DNA of 64,000 nt from Marsupella aquatica (Eukaryota > Plantae > Marchantiophyta): contig OZ316891.1 in the NCBI GenBank assembly GCA_973895155.1, positions 1,727,324 to 1,791,323 of the forward strand. Reading direction: 5' to 3'. The translations under genes were made by a program, and so were the position numbers. Within the stretch, counting starts at the first letter, position 1; each line of letters begins with the position of its first letter. Below are positions 43,558 through 57,754 of the stretch, piece by piece. The notes beneath the pieces are model-generated. The model did no database searches. It was not told the DNA's origin and saw nothing but the letters and a program-made list of their open reading frames with translations.

Positions 43558-45499
43558 GAGGTAATCCTCCCTCAAAAGTCTATACGGATCGTATGATGGA
43601 AACTATTCAAGAGTTTCGTAGCAAAGCATTCAAAATTCTAAAGCAAATGCCAAGTCCGGACGAATGGAGGAGCTCACCACAGCGTCGTTCACCTTGAATT
43701 CTTTCGTCAAAATGTACTCGTGTACTCGCTCTCAGAGGGCATTGTCCACAAAGACACGAGGATCCAATACACGACGAGGGACAGTCTGCTGGCATCTTGA
43801 CGTTCTGTTCGGTTTGTGTGAAGAGGTCGAGGGCGAGCTGTCCACCCAGTGCGAAGGTCAACTCAACACTTTGAATAACCAGCAATGGGAACATTCTTCA
43901 AAAAAGAAAGCGGAGATTATTTTGAACTGCTTCGAAAACGTCCAGTGCTTTCGTAGATATGTACCCTGTGTGACCTCAGATTCTCCAATTGCTTCTTCAA
44001 CGGTAGAAATCGAAAGCTCATAGCCAACGAATATATGCATTGGAGAAGAATTGACCGCTTTCTACAGAAGGGACTCGAATCGCGCTCATATATCACTGAC
44101 AGAACAGAGGTGAATGCCAGGAAAGAATGGACGGTTAAGAGCACGATCATTAGGCGGTTGCAAGTGGTACAGTAGGACACGAGGTAGCCATAAACTTGAT
44201 GGCAAAGCCAGAGCAAGCTACGCATGGAACCATCCCAAGGAGAGATAATGGAAAAGTTTTACAAAACATCGATTTCAGGCAGTAGAAGTACTTCGTTTCC
44301 TTTCAAGAAGTTAACAGTTCCGACATTGAATGCTGGGGTCTTCTAAGCATGAATGGATTCGGATCTACGGAAAAACACTGATGTGCTTTGTAGGTTTCTA
44401 ATTGTAGCAAAACAAGTTACCAATGGAACAACTCACAGATACCCCATAACCAGACAACCCACACTGCCAACGCCGCCAAGTAAATGTGAAGTAATTTCAA
44501 CGATGGGCTCACCATGAAATTTATTATAGAAAGCATAGTCAGTACATAGTCTCAATCTGAACGAAGAAACATAGTCAGTATATAGTCTCTATCTGATGCT
44601 CGTGGTCTGTACCGTGCAGTCACACGTCCACAATTGTCAACATTAAGCTTTCCATCCACATTTTTACTTAGGTATGCAATATTTAGTTAAGCGTATTTGA
44701 CTGATTGTTACGGATGTCGTGTGTATCACGTAGACCATAATTCCTGGACACATTGAACTTTTCATTCGCTACTATACTGACATTCAAGTATACAAACGCA
44801 CAACGGAAAACATTATTTCATGATTTTTGTCCACAACTTACTGCGGATCAGGTGGCGTGGGCGGAATTTCACATCAAGCTATCAGTTGTTAGTAGATTAA
44901 TAGGCAGGGACACAGCCAACGTGGATAACCCACTTTGCTTTGTTGCAAAATATGAGAACACCACACTTCTCATATGGCAGAAAGGATCTCACGCCTAAGA
45001 GGCCAAAAGTGCGACATAAAGATTTTATCAATGAGAAAGGTTTGGGTCGACGTGTAGGCCTCCCTGACATTAAACATTCACTGCATTGGCGCCACACCAG
45101 ATTTCAGCTCTGTAGATGGAAAATTCTGCCCCTGTTAGCTTGAGCCTCACTACCTCACGAGGCAGAAAGAATTTCAATAACTGCATGAAAATTGAAGTAC
45201 TTCCCTGTACAACCCACAAGTGAAGTAAACTGGCATCACCCCAAAAAAAGAAATCTGGAGCACTACAGTAGATCTACAAGTCCGGACATTATCTGCAACT
45301 GCCAGGCGAAAATTCCCCAGGAGCCGGCTGTATGACTCTGCTTTAACTTGCAAAGGGTAATAGGACGCTGCAAGATCCTGGGGAGCATACAACCAGCTAC
45401 GGCATGGTCGACCTGCCTACGTCATATTATTGCAGGCACCAGATCTTCTCCTAACGAGAACGAAAGGGTGAATCAGCAGGTGGCAGGGGATTGTATCAA

Positions 45500-47239
45500 T
45501 CAGTCTCTGGGAGGGCCCTTCTTTGCGGCTTCAGCAGCTGCTTTCTCAGCTTCTATCACGGCAACTATCTCTTCAACTTCTGACTCCTCCAAAAGTCGTA
45601 GGCCTTCCTTTCGGGTCATGACTGCAATTTCTATGTTTTTGCCCCCACTTTCCACAACCTGCAAAGCACGTAACAGCATCAGAATCTAAGGAACTCTCAC
45701 GGATTGGATATGTAATTCCATATAAGTCCTTATCTTGGCTACCGTAATTGACCTATGTTTCTTGTTTGTATGCATCCATCTCCAAGCTAGTTCAATAGAA
45801 GACTCACATTTGGGCACAAACCAAAAATTTGCGGTCAAACCCTAGATAAAATCGGCATTTCTACAGATACAAAAGGCCATACAAGCTCCACGATGCAATC
45901 CGTATGTTTCCATTCCAGTGACTGATTAAAACAGCAGTTTGAGGAGCTCACTTCAAGGAGAGCCCGCACAGCAAGCTTCACAGTTTCTTTCCCTGCCGTC
46001 TCTGTGTAGTTTTTCTCCAAGAATTCTCGAACGGATGTGGAGTTGCGTCCTGTAGCATTTGCTTTCCAAGCTTTGAAGGTTCCCGACGGATCCGTTTGAT
46101 ATAAAGACGGCACCCCAGTGTATGGATCGAATCCAACGATTAATGTAGAAATTCCAAAGGGTCTAACGCCTCCACTTTGTGTGTACTTTTGTTGCAGTCC
46201 AGCAATAAAGCGCGTGATATACTCCACTGTAACTGGATCTTCTACAGTAAGCCTATGACTCTGACATTCCACACGAGCTCTGTTTACTAAAACTCGTGCA
46301 TCTGCTGTGAGTCCAGCAAAGGCGAGAGAGATATGATCATCCACCTTCAATATTTTCCGAACAGTGCTGCAGAAACCATTCAAGGTACTATTAGTTAACC
46401 AAGATCCGTTCCACAAATCTGCACAGTTCAAAGTTTGGAAAAACTCTTTTCGAGACTAACTTCCCAATACGCTCAATGGTCCGACTCTACAAATCCTCGT
46501 CACCATAATGTCAAGATTGGAGCAAACATTAAATACCTGTCCTTGACTAATATCTTGGACAAAGTCTGAACGGAATTCAGATCGAAACGAAAGGAATATG
46601 GTTTGTCGTAGGATCAACAACGTGTTATAACAGCTCGAGGTCTAGCCAGAACCAGATAGGTCAGAGGGACTCTCGGCCCTAACCTAAAACAGAACTTCAA
46701 AGGAGGAAACCCTAATGAAACCCCCGCACGAACCAAAGGTAATAGAAACCTACAAATGGCTTCTGAGCTGGTAAACATCCAAATTGAATTCAGGGCTAGG
46801 TCAGAAGGAAACAACTCACACGAAATGTGAAATTCATTCAACCATGACATTGAAAAGTCGACGTCCCGACACTAACGAGGACACCATTAGAAAACCTAAG
46901 ACTGGAATTCCGACACACAGGGACTAGTCCAGGACAGAAAAGTCTATGGTAGTGCCCGACCACCTCCTAGTACTGAAAAACCCAAGAGACCGATCCGCAA
47001 AGCAAGCAGGCACGAGACAGGCAGACAGGGAAGTAAGCAGAGTGGAAGGAGGGCAGCGAGACCAACCGAGCATCTTCAAGCTTGGCAGTCGATTTCTTCT
47101 CAACTCCTAGCACGATGGTGTCCGTTCCTCTCACTCCGACAGCGGCATTACCCTTGCGCACGGCCTCCAATGCATACTCCACCTGGAAGAGATGCCCGTC
47201 CGGTGAAAAGACAGTAATTGCTCGATCGTATCTCGCCAT
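45500..47239 (-). CDS. PAD1: 20S proteasome alpha-4 subunit (PSMA7/PAD), 3 exons, 248 aa
   Basis: E1 47239-47067 [27 protein letters not shown]; E2 46366-45952 ([11 protein letters not shown]); E3 45658-45500 ([14 protein letters not shown]...). Total 747 nt in frame with GT-AG junctions. Confidence 0.97.
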
Positions 47240-47532
47240 CGTCCTGTTTGCCCTCCTCCTCCTGTTGCAGCAGAACCTCAGTGAAGAGCGACCCTCGAAC
47301 TGCTCGTCGCAGGTTGATTGTCCAGGGAGTCGAGCGGGTGGGTTGGAGCTTCTGGGATTCAACGAGTGTCACGCATGACGAGCCACGGCTTCTCTTCGAG
47401 AAATGACAATTCGGAGAGAAAGTAGCAAAGAAGCGAAAGACGCAAGGGCGAGCGAATTGCTCGTGAAGAAAACGGAACAAGACGACGCAAAGGAATCAGA
47501 AGACGTGATGGGTGAGACAAAGAATTGGGTCC

Positions 47533-48137
47533 GGCTTAATTAAGGTCCGGTTCCATGGGTAATTTACGGGGAGGGTTTAAAGCTCCAAAAGCACTCACAC
47601 TTTAAACCACACCTTCCCTTCAAAAGCTACTGGTTACTTGTAGTTACGAGTATGAGGGCTCTGGGGTCACACAGAGTCCTTTGACGCTCCTTGTACCCTC
47701 ATGAATGGTTCAAAGTAGTTCCTAGGATTACAGTGAGGCTTAATTAAGGTCCAGTTCCATGGGTAATTTACGGGGAGGGTTTAAAGCTCCAAAAGCACTC
47801 ACACTTTAAACCACACCTTCCCTTCAAAAGCTACTGGTTACCTGTAGTTACGAGTATGAGGGCTCTGGGGTCACACAGAGTCCTTGACGCTCCTTGTACC
47901 CGCATGAATGGTTCAAAGTAGTTCCTAGGATTACAGTGAGGCTTAATTAAGGTCCAGTTCCATGGGTAATTTACGGGGAGGGTTTAAAGCTCCAAAAGCA
48001 CTCACACTTTAAACCACACCTTCCCTTCAAAAGCTACTGGTTACCTGTAGTTACGAGTATGAGGGCTCCGGGGTAACACGGAATCCTTTGACGCACCTTG
48101 TACCCGCATGAGTGGTTCAAAGTAGTTCCTAGGATTA
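47533..48137. repeat. ~204-bp tandem repeat x3 upstream of PAD1
   Basis: ggcttaattaaggtcc at 47533, 47737 and 47940; near-identical copies. Confidence 0.95.
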
Positions 48138-50259
48138 AAGTGAGCAGTGGAGTCTGCAAGCTCTGTTGCTGGAAATGATCTTGCATCAATTTGTTGAGGG
48201 TGAGCATATATGCTAGAAGATGTTGCCATTTGTGTAGGATTATTTTCTCTTCAGGAGCTTTGGTTGCCAATGGGAGGGGCACTGATGGCTCACAATGTTT
48301 GACCTAATTGAGACCCAAATGGACCAAACACTTTTGATATCCAAAAGGGAAAACGTTATTAATAGAGGAGAATGCTGCTATGCAAGTACTACACAATGTT
48401 TCAAAACAGTGCACAAGAGTAAAGCTGTCCATTCAAACATCTTATTAACAAATGTTATGATCTATCAGAAGTTCTTAATAAAATGTTTGTAAGAATTGAA
48501 AGGATCAGCACTGATTATTCAAACGCATAGCCAACAATCCACAAAGAACAACCCAGACACACCCAACCTAAGTATGCCCAACCAGGAGCTGCAGTCGGGC
48601 TGCCAAGGAACAACCCAGGACAGTGTGTGAGTTCTACCGGAACTTCAAAACCAAATACAAATACAAGAAAAGACTTGAGCAATTGGGAGTGTCCCCTTAT
48701 CAAAGTTGATGTAGGCTCGAGTGGACAACAATGTGTCACCATCCAACCTGGACACCTTTGCCTAGTCCAAAAGTCCAGACATTGAATGGGTATTTCTGTA
48801 AGTTTCAAACTTCAGGGTATTCAGTAATTTTGATGACTTCCCAGGGTAACATTCCCTAATGATTTAATGTGACAAAGGCAAAATATTAAACTGTGTTTAA
48901 AGCAAAAGGTGAAATGGTCTAACCAGTTGCAATGGTCCATTCGAGTTGTTTGTTAAACATTATGGTCCATCCTAGCTTGTCTTTTGCCAACTATTATCAG
49001 CCCAGGGAAATTCTTTTGGGGACATCAATAGAAGAGCTTATCTATCATCTTGGCTACAATTTTGGGAATTCAAAGCTACCCGCCTAATATCTTCACACAA
49101 CAACAACAGATCCTGGTGCGCGCAGTAGGATGGACATTGATTTAGGCAGCATACTACATATTCTCAATGAATACTAGAGTCGACAAGTAACACAATGCTC
49201 CATTTGTGACTCCCTTCTTTTCCCATGCACCAATGCCTGGCCAAAAGTCAAAATGAGATAAGAAAAGGCCACTAGCCATCAAGCAAAGGATTCCAAACTT
49301 TTACATCTATATCTAATAATCTCTAAACATTACTGTAGACCCGGAGAGAAATTCACTACCATCAAAAGCTTTCCACAATTTTAGGTCTATAACTAAGATT
49401 TTTGAAACTGTAGACCCACAGAGAAACTCACCACCATCAATGGCTTAAGGAGAAACTCATAAACTTTGTCCATAATCTTTACTTCACTACCTGCACAAAG
49501 TCAAGACATACGGCAAAAATTTGAGAGAAATTAATAATGACATATGTGTAGCACCTAGGGTTAATTTGGATGGCGATACGTTGAGTGGGAGTCTGATACA
49601 TTGAGTGGAGTCTATATTGATTGATGACACTGTATGTACCTCTGCATGGCGGAAGCAAAGTTGTTGTCACTATGAACTGTGGACTCCTTTTGCTGTGGTG
49701 CTGCAGCAGTACCATGCCAAGCTCCTTCTTCCCATAGGCCCTCTTCCCTTCTCAGGACACCTGTGCTTCGAAGTCGGCAATACGTCGTCTTCAGTGGGCT
49801 TGACATCACTCTTTTCCTGGAGCTTGCGGTTCACCTGTGTGAGCTACACAAGAGCATTAGTTCCACTGAAAAATCAATGCAACAATGATAAAAGGAGGAA
49901 CCAGAGTCCAAAGTTGATCCCCCAAAAAACTCTTGATCTACATGATTTCTATATGGTTGTTGAAACTAGCCAATCCTCTTGCATCTTCAACAATTGTGGC
50001 CGGTTTTTGAGCCTTGGCCTTCCGTTTACTAATATCCTTTAGATGTCCCTCCTTGTCACTTGATTTTCCTCCATGGCAGGCCAATTCAAATCCTAGTGAA
50101 ACTGCTGATCTGCAAACCCTGCCATTGATCTTAAGCATCGTTTTTAGAAATTGTCTATTCAACTCCATGTGGAGTTCAAGCATATCATTGTTGGTGTAGT
50201 GGGAAGATCATCTTCACTGTATAGAGTCACCACGTATAGACAACAAATAATAGATTAGA

Positions 50260-50636
50260 CTAGCCCCGACTACCCGTTCTTTGAACGTGAATAGTAGGGA
50301 GGACAATAAAAATGTCACCAAAATATAGTCATTCTTCACATTTTTTGAAGGTTTTCATCATTTTAATAATCATACATTATATACCATACTCTTCTCTATT
50401 CACATCCCTCTTTCTATGAGATACATGTTATGGTGAGGCCATAGAGCTCATTTTGTAATATAAATAGAAATCATGACAAAAAACATGCATGCATATCATT
50501 TAACATACATCATATAGTCATGAATTTTCCCATCCACATGATGCATGAGCCATGGAGTTACGGTCTAGAGGCTTCACTCTAGAAACCTAAGCCCCAACTC
50601 TAGCTTGTAGTTGGCGCTTTATAAGTAAGATGAATA
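50260..50636 (-). mobile_element. Helitron-like element 3' portion (copy 2)
   Basis: Minus strand ends ...ttcaaagaacgggtagtcggggCTAG|t; homologous to 347-743. Confidence 0.55.
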
Positions 50637-52799
50637 TACATAGCATATTCAGATGACAATTCTACTACCTTGCTAGTTGGACAAGTCCTAGACTACTTTA
50701 AAATCTTTTACTCATAAGATTAGCGGGAAGATTAGGAGTGATTTCATTCTCCAAAGTCACAAATTTGGTACATTCTTGGATTTATTAACCAGGCAACGTG
50801 TTGTCAAGCTAGTTTGATATCACAATGGAGGACCCCATAATTTGTATCCTTGATCATGCTTTAATGGATTAACAGTAATTTGGCACAAGCTTGGAAACAG
50901 TAAACATAATGTCAATATTCGGCCCAAACAATGAAACTTCAAGCAGGTTTGTGTCCGGGATTAGAACATATATGAGACAAATGATGCTCATAATTAAAAC
51001 TAGAGAGAATATGTGCACAATGTCTCTTGTGTCCAAGGTCTGCTCTAGTGCATTCAAACTTTAATTAATGGCAACAATAGACCGAGCAATAGACAATATG
51101 TTGTGCCTGGCAAAAATATATAGGGCATGATAGGCAAAGCTCCAAGCCTACTATATAGACAACCATACACATACTATCTAATACCCGATTGAAGTGAAAC
51201 TCAAGGACAGCCAAATAGGAGCTATTATATGTCTATATTCTCTCAATAGATAGCAAGTACGTACTGAAGCCAAAATTGAGCTATATCTCCTTATTTACGT
51301 ATCCTGGATGTGCTAAGCTATATCCTTATTTACTTATCCTGGATGTGCTGAGCAAAGAGACTAACCTTGAACCATTCATCAATATAGGAGGGTTCAACAA
51401 TAGTAACTTTTGTTTCTAATGCCCATGTTACATGGACATCTAGTAAAGTTGGGATATATATTCCATCTTTTGATATCCAAAAAATGGAATGGACAATTTC
51501 TCACCAAACAATGCACGCTCATTGAATAACTGTATTCTGTGATTTTGGGCTGTGTCATGCAAACCCTTGTCTGCGCTTAACCATGTACTTAGGTTTGAGC
51601 GACTACCCTAGTTAGCACTTACCATGATTACGTTAGGGCACTATCATTTAACCGTAGACTTAGCGATTAGTGAGCATTTGGCGCTAGGTTGATGGCTCAA
51701 GACTCAACTTGCCTCGCCGCCACCTAGGAGACGACGGCACTAGATAGGTTAGGTAGGTTGTAGGGTAGTTAGTTGGTAGGATAACATGGTTTGTGATCAT
51801 CCTCATCTTGCACCCCACTGATTCATTTTTGGTGGGATCATTTTCAGTGGCTAGGAGAGCTTGCTTGGAATTTCCTATCCATAGGGGCCTCCTAGCCCCC
51901 TAGGGTCCTCCTTCATTCACTTTAGTTCTGAAGTGAATTTGGTTACACATTCTTCATTTCTCGGTAGGCATAGCTCATCGTTCATGTAAAGGTGACAATT
52001 GTATATATAGCGTTTCTACCGATTACAGAGACGACGGTTGGTTTTTCATTGTGGGATAGCAATTACATTGCTGCTTCATGATTTTCAGCCCTTTAGTAAA
52101 GCATACCACATATTTGCTGACTCCGGACTCACTTCATCTCACATTTTGTTATAAGTAGATAATTATGATGCTTTTCTTTTTCTCTTTTTGCATGCAAGTA
52201 GACGGTTGATAAGATAGCAAGCGCATTCACCAAATAGGTTTATAGTTATGACACAACTAGTACATCGATGCACTCTAGCACGACAGTTGCCATATAACTT
52301 TTGAGTTGAGGTTTGACCTCTTTCTTGCTAAATAACCTCATTTCCTTGTAAGCAACAATGAGCTTGGCATCCTCAACTAGATTACAAATGTCAATTTATA
52401 TATGTCAAAAAGCTCTAACTTTCCCATATCAACAAGGTAAGTCATGATATATGTCATGTATGTACTCACATGTCATGGCATGGACTAACTATAACTTTAT
52501 AAATGATAGTGGCAAATCTAGCTGAAAAACTTATTCAATAATAAGTTTCTATCTTACCAAGTCTTGCATAGTTTTGAGTGACCTTTGCATTTTTCTTTTG
52601 CTAGAAGGACCTAATGATGCAGAGATAGAAAATGAAACCCGGATAGACCTCTAGGTTTGTCAAAATGCTCCCAAAGATTTTTGCAACTCATATGAACCGA
52701 GTTTAACTCACAATGTCATATGGAATATTCTTAATCACTCCATCTAGATTGTATAGTTTCTTCCTACGGTCCATGGGAGCATTGTCTTCTGTAGAGGCA

Positions 52800-55100
52800 A
52801 CATTTTCTTTGTTCTTGGAATTTTTAAGTAACCGATATCAGGTTTGATGTTTGCCAAGATGACAATAAATACTGTAAGCATTCAAGTTGCTCAATGGGAT
52901 ACCTGAAGGCATGATGAAAAGTAGAATATAAAAAATCATCAACACAAAACTAATGGTTTTGTATGGATACGAGTTCTAAGTAGATAAAGTTAAAAATTCT
53001 CTTTACTTACCTACTTAGTTACTCAAGTTATAGACACAATTGGTTTACTTTCAACTTGACGTAAATTGTTGTGACCAAAGAAATGGATACGTGATGGAGA
53101 TAAAACTGTTGGAAGATGTTCATAAATATGTTCTTGTGGTGGTTGGGGCATCAGAAATTGGCACTTAGTTCATAGATGTCCTGAACGGAGTTTTTTGGGA
53201 TGCTTGAGTTTGACTGAGTAATCTGTTTCAATGCTAGTTTTTGACTGATTCGGTGAGTTTGCATTTGTACTTATATTTGAAATCAATGACTCTGTCTTGC
53301 GACATACAAGTCCAGGCATGATGCGAATCATATGCCAAAGGTCCTACCAAAAATAACATAAATAATACCACAATTAGTCATTCTAGTGCTCCCCTTTAAG
53401 CATGCATGTCTGCCTACTTGGGTAATGCATTCAGATTATACCAAAATGAGGTGGATAGTTGGCAAACTCCATCCCTTCCGATTATTCTACTAGAATTCTC
53501 ATACATTGAGTCACAAACTTGATCCATTGCAAAGATATAAGAAGATACAGGACTGTCTAAATATTTTGCATAGAATGATAGTACACTCAACTCCACATAT
53601 CAAATAACTAAAGAAAAGGAATAAATCACTATACATTAGCCCCATTTGAACATTTTGACCTTGTCCCGGACCCTGTATCTGCTGTACCAACCACAACTTG
53701 AGTTTTCTTATAATGATTGTGTTATGGTGTAGCCCCTCCTAAAAGCTTTGAACCCTTTGGTGCTCTGTAGGCCACAAATGGAGTTTTTCTATGACGTTTG
53801 TGTTCTGGTGACTTTGACTCTCGGGGGGGTCACTTCCATGGAAGTGGCATATCATGTGCGACGAAGTATAGGGCCATTTAAATGGTTTTGGCGGAAGACT
53901 TATTAAGTCTTCTATGGAAATATAGGGTTATTTAATTGCAAAATGCATACGTGTCATCACATGATTGGTGCCATACAACTTTCTAGAAAGTGACTTAGGG
54001 GGGTTATAAATGACCCAAACCGTCGCACGTGATGTATGACCCTTCATATACTGACCCCCTGAGCTTTGACTCCCTTCTTTCAAAATGATATGTTGCAATG
54101 CCTCTGAATTGTTGTAGGCCAGATTGCCTCCTTCAAGAACAGTTGTTTGTGATGCCCCTGTATCATCCAAGCTTGGACTCCCTCCTTCAAGTACGTAAGT
54201 CTTCTTGGATGCCTCTTAACCATTTGAATCTGGACTTTCTTCTCCTAAGAGAATTGTCCTGGACAATCCAATGAATCTTTGAGTAAGCCCCTCTAGATCT
54301 TTCAACTGACAACCAAATTCATAAGAGGTAATTGATTGAGGATCCAACTGAGGAGAAACATGAGGAACAAATTCATGGGGGGTAACAGGAGTTGACTCTT
54401 CTATAGAATCCAAGTAGTTGGTATCTTTCAAATCCTGAGAAAAGTAATTCTCATCCAAACCACTTGTGTGAGCAGAAGCTACAAGGCTCCCCAAAATGCC
54501 TCATTTTCTACTTCAACTAAAGAGATTTGTTGGAGCCGTTTGTTGGAGACTTGGTGTTTCTGGTGTTCTAGAAACCACCTCATAATATCCATTGCAGGCC
54601 AGGTAATCCGCATAGTCACTCCGCCAATTGCCAAAACAAGATCTTCCAGTTGATCGAGGAATGCAATGGTCCTCTATGAATTCCAGAGTGCTGATGTAGA
54701 ACTTCTGATCCTTCCTAACATTAGACCTCCAAGCATTGGCAATCACTGGATTGTACATATCAGGAAAAAAAACCTCATTTGTTCCACATTTCTATTATAT
54801 GCAGATTGTGCTCTTGGGTGATAAGTCTCAAGATAACCCTTTCCCTACATATTGGTATACTCTCCTGTAGGTTTTCTGTCAAAGAATCTAGCATTGAGCT
54901 CAACAATATAGACAACAGGTCTAATGGCAACTTAGTAGAACTCAACTTTCTCACACTACCTTTGTCATTGCTGTTGCAAGAATATGGGTTCTCATCAACC
55001 AATGATCTCTCTTGTGGTACTCGATTTATAACTTTCTCACTTTTGCTGTTAACACAAGCTGCTGTCCTTGTTTACAAGTGCCACTCTCTGCACAGGCATC
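52800..55100 (-). pseudogene. Highly decayed coding-like sequence, probably transposon-associated
   Basis: Consecutive broken minus-strand ORFs (54775-55002, 54513-54758, 54216-54494, 53928-54170); no diagnostic motif recognised. Confidence 0.25.
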
Positions 55101-55206
55101 GTCTCACTCGCACCATTAACTACTGGTTTGATAGTTAACTACTGGTTTGATAGTTGGTTGAATAATATTCTTTTTCATGCAGCCAACACGTTTTGGATGC
55201 CGCGGC

Positions 55207-55760
55207 TGTTGGGGATAGGGCCAGGGTGCTCTTTGCCAAAACCTTGTACCTGCACCACTTGGCTCACTATTGACAGCAATACCAGGTTACAAATACTGAG
55301 TCAGGTGGGGATGCTCTAAACCTTAGTTTTCCAATTGGAAAAAAATAGTTGGAAGCCCCAAAGTAGTTTGGATCAGTGTTTATTTTGTGTGTGTGCAAAT
55401 ATTGCACATTTGCTACCAAGTGAAGGGGCTCGCAACCAATACAAACAGGTTTTCAATAAATTATTAGTGATTTATTCCCCAAAATCAATGGCCCATATCT
55501 CAATGTACATAGATCTAATGGTCATGATGTGCAACTAAAGAGTTGATGGTGCTCCCCACAAAAACAGACCCCTGACGAGTCCCTCACCTTTCAAATGGAC
55601 TTTGTGAGGCCCTTGTCCTTGCAACCCTCCCTCCTCATGGTTGGGAGTACTTTTCTCTTTTGTATGATACCAACATGGTAAGAGCCAGGTATGTCACTCA
55701 ACCAGGTGAGTGTATTCACTGGAAAGTATTCTTAACTCTTAAAGGGGCAGATGTGGTTTA
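55207..55760 (+). mobile_element. LTR remnant (TGTTGG...CCAACA) with iMet-type PBS and nearby PPT-like tract
   Basis: CCAACA ends at 55675, followed by tggtaagagcca (cf. TGGTATCAGAGC); aaaggggcaga-TG at ~55741-55753. Confidence 0.5.
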
Positions 55761-55817
55761 ACTCTTAATATGAGTTGCTGAAACTCTATAAAGCAAGTTG
55801 CTTAATCTCACTAAATT

Positions 55818-56238
55818 GGAAACAAAAGCCTGGATGGACCAAGACGTTGTCCCTGCCCATCCATGCGGACTGCGTAACAAGATCTTCCCTTTTCCACCAA
55901 AATAAAAAGGAACCGGTTGTGGATTGCAGTGGACAACTTTGACTATCTTGTGGAGAAAGTAGTCAAGACGTCATGGTGATCCTGAGTAATGGCATGACGT
56001 CTTGACGTCTTTCAAGTTCAAGGTAGTCTAGTCATCAAGTTACCGAGGAAACCTGTCCGATAATGTAATTGACACCAGCTAAAAACGGTAAGGAGAGCTT
56101 TTACACATCACATTTCAGTCAAAAGTGTAAATAGTGTTATCTGAGTCAGTTCAAATGTTTTGAGCAAGTCCATCCAAGCTTTGCCGGGTCTATCTGGGCC
56201 TCATAGACAAAGTGGAGGTCTATCCTGGCTTTAGTTTC
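55818..56238 (+). repeat. ~420-bp repeat, inverted partner of 62463-62883
   Basis: Shared blocks: aaataaaaaggaaccggttgtggat, tcatggtgatcctga, tagtgttatctgagtca, tcatagacaaagtggaggtc. Confidence 0.85.
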
Positions 56239-56533
56239 CATTAAAACGAGTTGATTAACCTGAGAAGTAAGAAAACACTCAGCGCTACCGTAGTCCCAAT
56301 GTGGAAGCATTCACTGCTACCGTAGTCCTAATTTGCAAACAGTCATGGCTACGTTAGTGCTCCAGAGACTGAGCTCGCCACCTAAACACAGAACTTCAAT
56401 TCTTCAGAGAGTAGACGAACGACATAATCACAAAAGAGTTGCACAGCGAAAACACGCTCTTGTCTGCTTGTCGTGGTCGTCTCTGAGAGTAACCCACATT
56501 TGATTGAATCACAGGGGGCAGCAGTCTGCAGAG

Positions 56534-57754
56534 ATGCCGGCCACAGCTACATTGCTCGGTGGGGCTATGGGATTGTGCGTGCAGCTGTACTCGAATGCAG
56601 CACGGAGGCTGCCGCCGATGCGCCGTGAGTGCTCTGCCTGTCTTCTCTCCATGCCCTGGTCTTCCGTTCTTTTTGCTCGATGAGCTTCTGTTTCTGAAGG
56701 ATAGGGTTTGGGTCGGGATGAATTAAGTCTACTCTTGCTTTTGGAGGATTTGAGATTTTCGGGCGGGCTGATGGGGAATTTGATGAATTGCAGATCCTTG
56801 GGAGCACTTGCTGGCTATAGGAATTGGAAGTGCTTTTGGCAACGGGCTGGTGAAGTGGGAAGAGAATCTGCAAGTTGAGCTGGACAAGTCGATTGAATTT
56901 GCCCGGAACGCCAACAAGAAGCGTTACATCGGTAAGACTCGCTCTCGCTCTCTTCGTCTTCCTTGTTGTAAAGACCCGTTTTTGTTCACTTTATGCCGGC
57001 CTGTTTCTCGCCTCTGTGCGGCATTTTAGATCCCCAATCCCTGTGATTAAAGTCCTTCTTACTTGAGCTGCTCTGTTGTTGCACGCTCCCCGACTCTAGA
57101 GGGCTCCTGTTGTTCTCTGTTTTTCGGGGTTCTACTGTGAATGTGGCTACCCAATAGGATTCGTGATCAATGCCCTAAGAATTGAGCCTTGCGAAGTATT
57201 TGCCTTCAATGGTCGTCTCAGATCATTGGGAATTTGATCTCGCCACAACCGCTAGTAGGGACATTCTTCCTTGCAGTTTTTCACTGTTGTTGGCACATTC
57301 AAGGCCAATTCCTCTCGGGAATGGGTTGTTACAGCTGTGCAATTGCTAAAAGGGATGATTTAATGAAACAATGCAAATCTACTGGGACAGAAAGGGTCAT
57401 GCGACCAAAAGTGAAGTCATAAAGTAGATAAATTGGACATTAACCCCACCGACCGAAGAGACGATAGAGCAGGATCGCTGATATCCGCTCAAGGTCTAAC
57501 GAACAACCGACCAACGGTATTTTTACCAATGCATGACACATACCGATGCATAGCTTGATTGGCGCATCTAAGTAGGTGCTTCAGAAAAAGGAAAATTCAA
57601 CAGAAAGTGGTGCTCATCATCTCACCCACCTGCCCACAGTTCTGTTTGCAAAATCTTTGACTTGCCTCCGTTAATTTCTATCGAGAACTAAGGTGTTTGA
57701 CCTCTTTTGACAGCTCCCAGTGAGACCCTTACTGAATACACTCCATCCTCTTAG
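56534..57754 (+). CDS. Mitochondrial complex I subunit B14.5b/NDUFC2-like small protein
   Basis: E1 56534-56624 MPATATLLGGAMGLCVQLYSNAARRLPPMR; E2 56794-56931 HPWEHLLAIGIGSAFGNGLVKWEENLQVELDKSIEFARNANKKRYI. Matches the plant family pattern QxYSNAxRKLPxMRHPWEH...LVKW. Last exon 57714-57754 is tentative. Confidence 0.85.

Noticed and set aside
43078-43697. ORFs with internally repeated peptides
   Set aside because: Artefact of the 205-bp DNA duplication, which is not a multiple of 3
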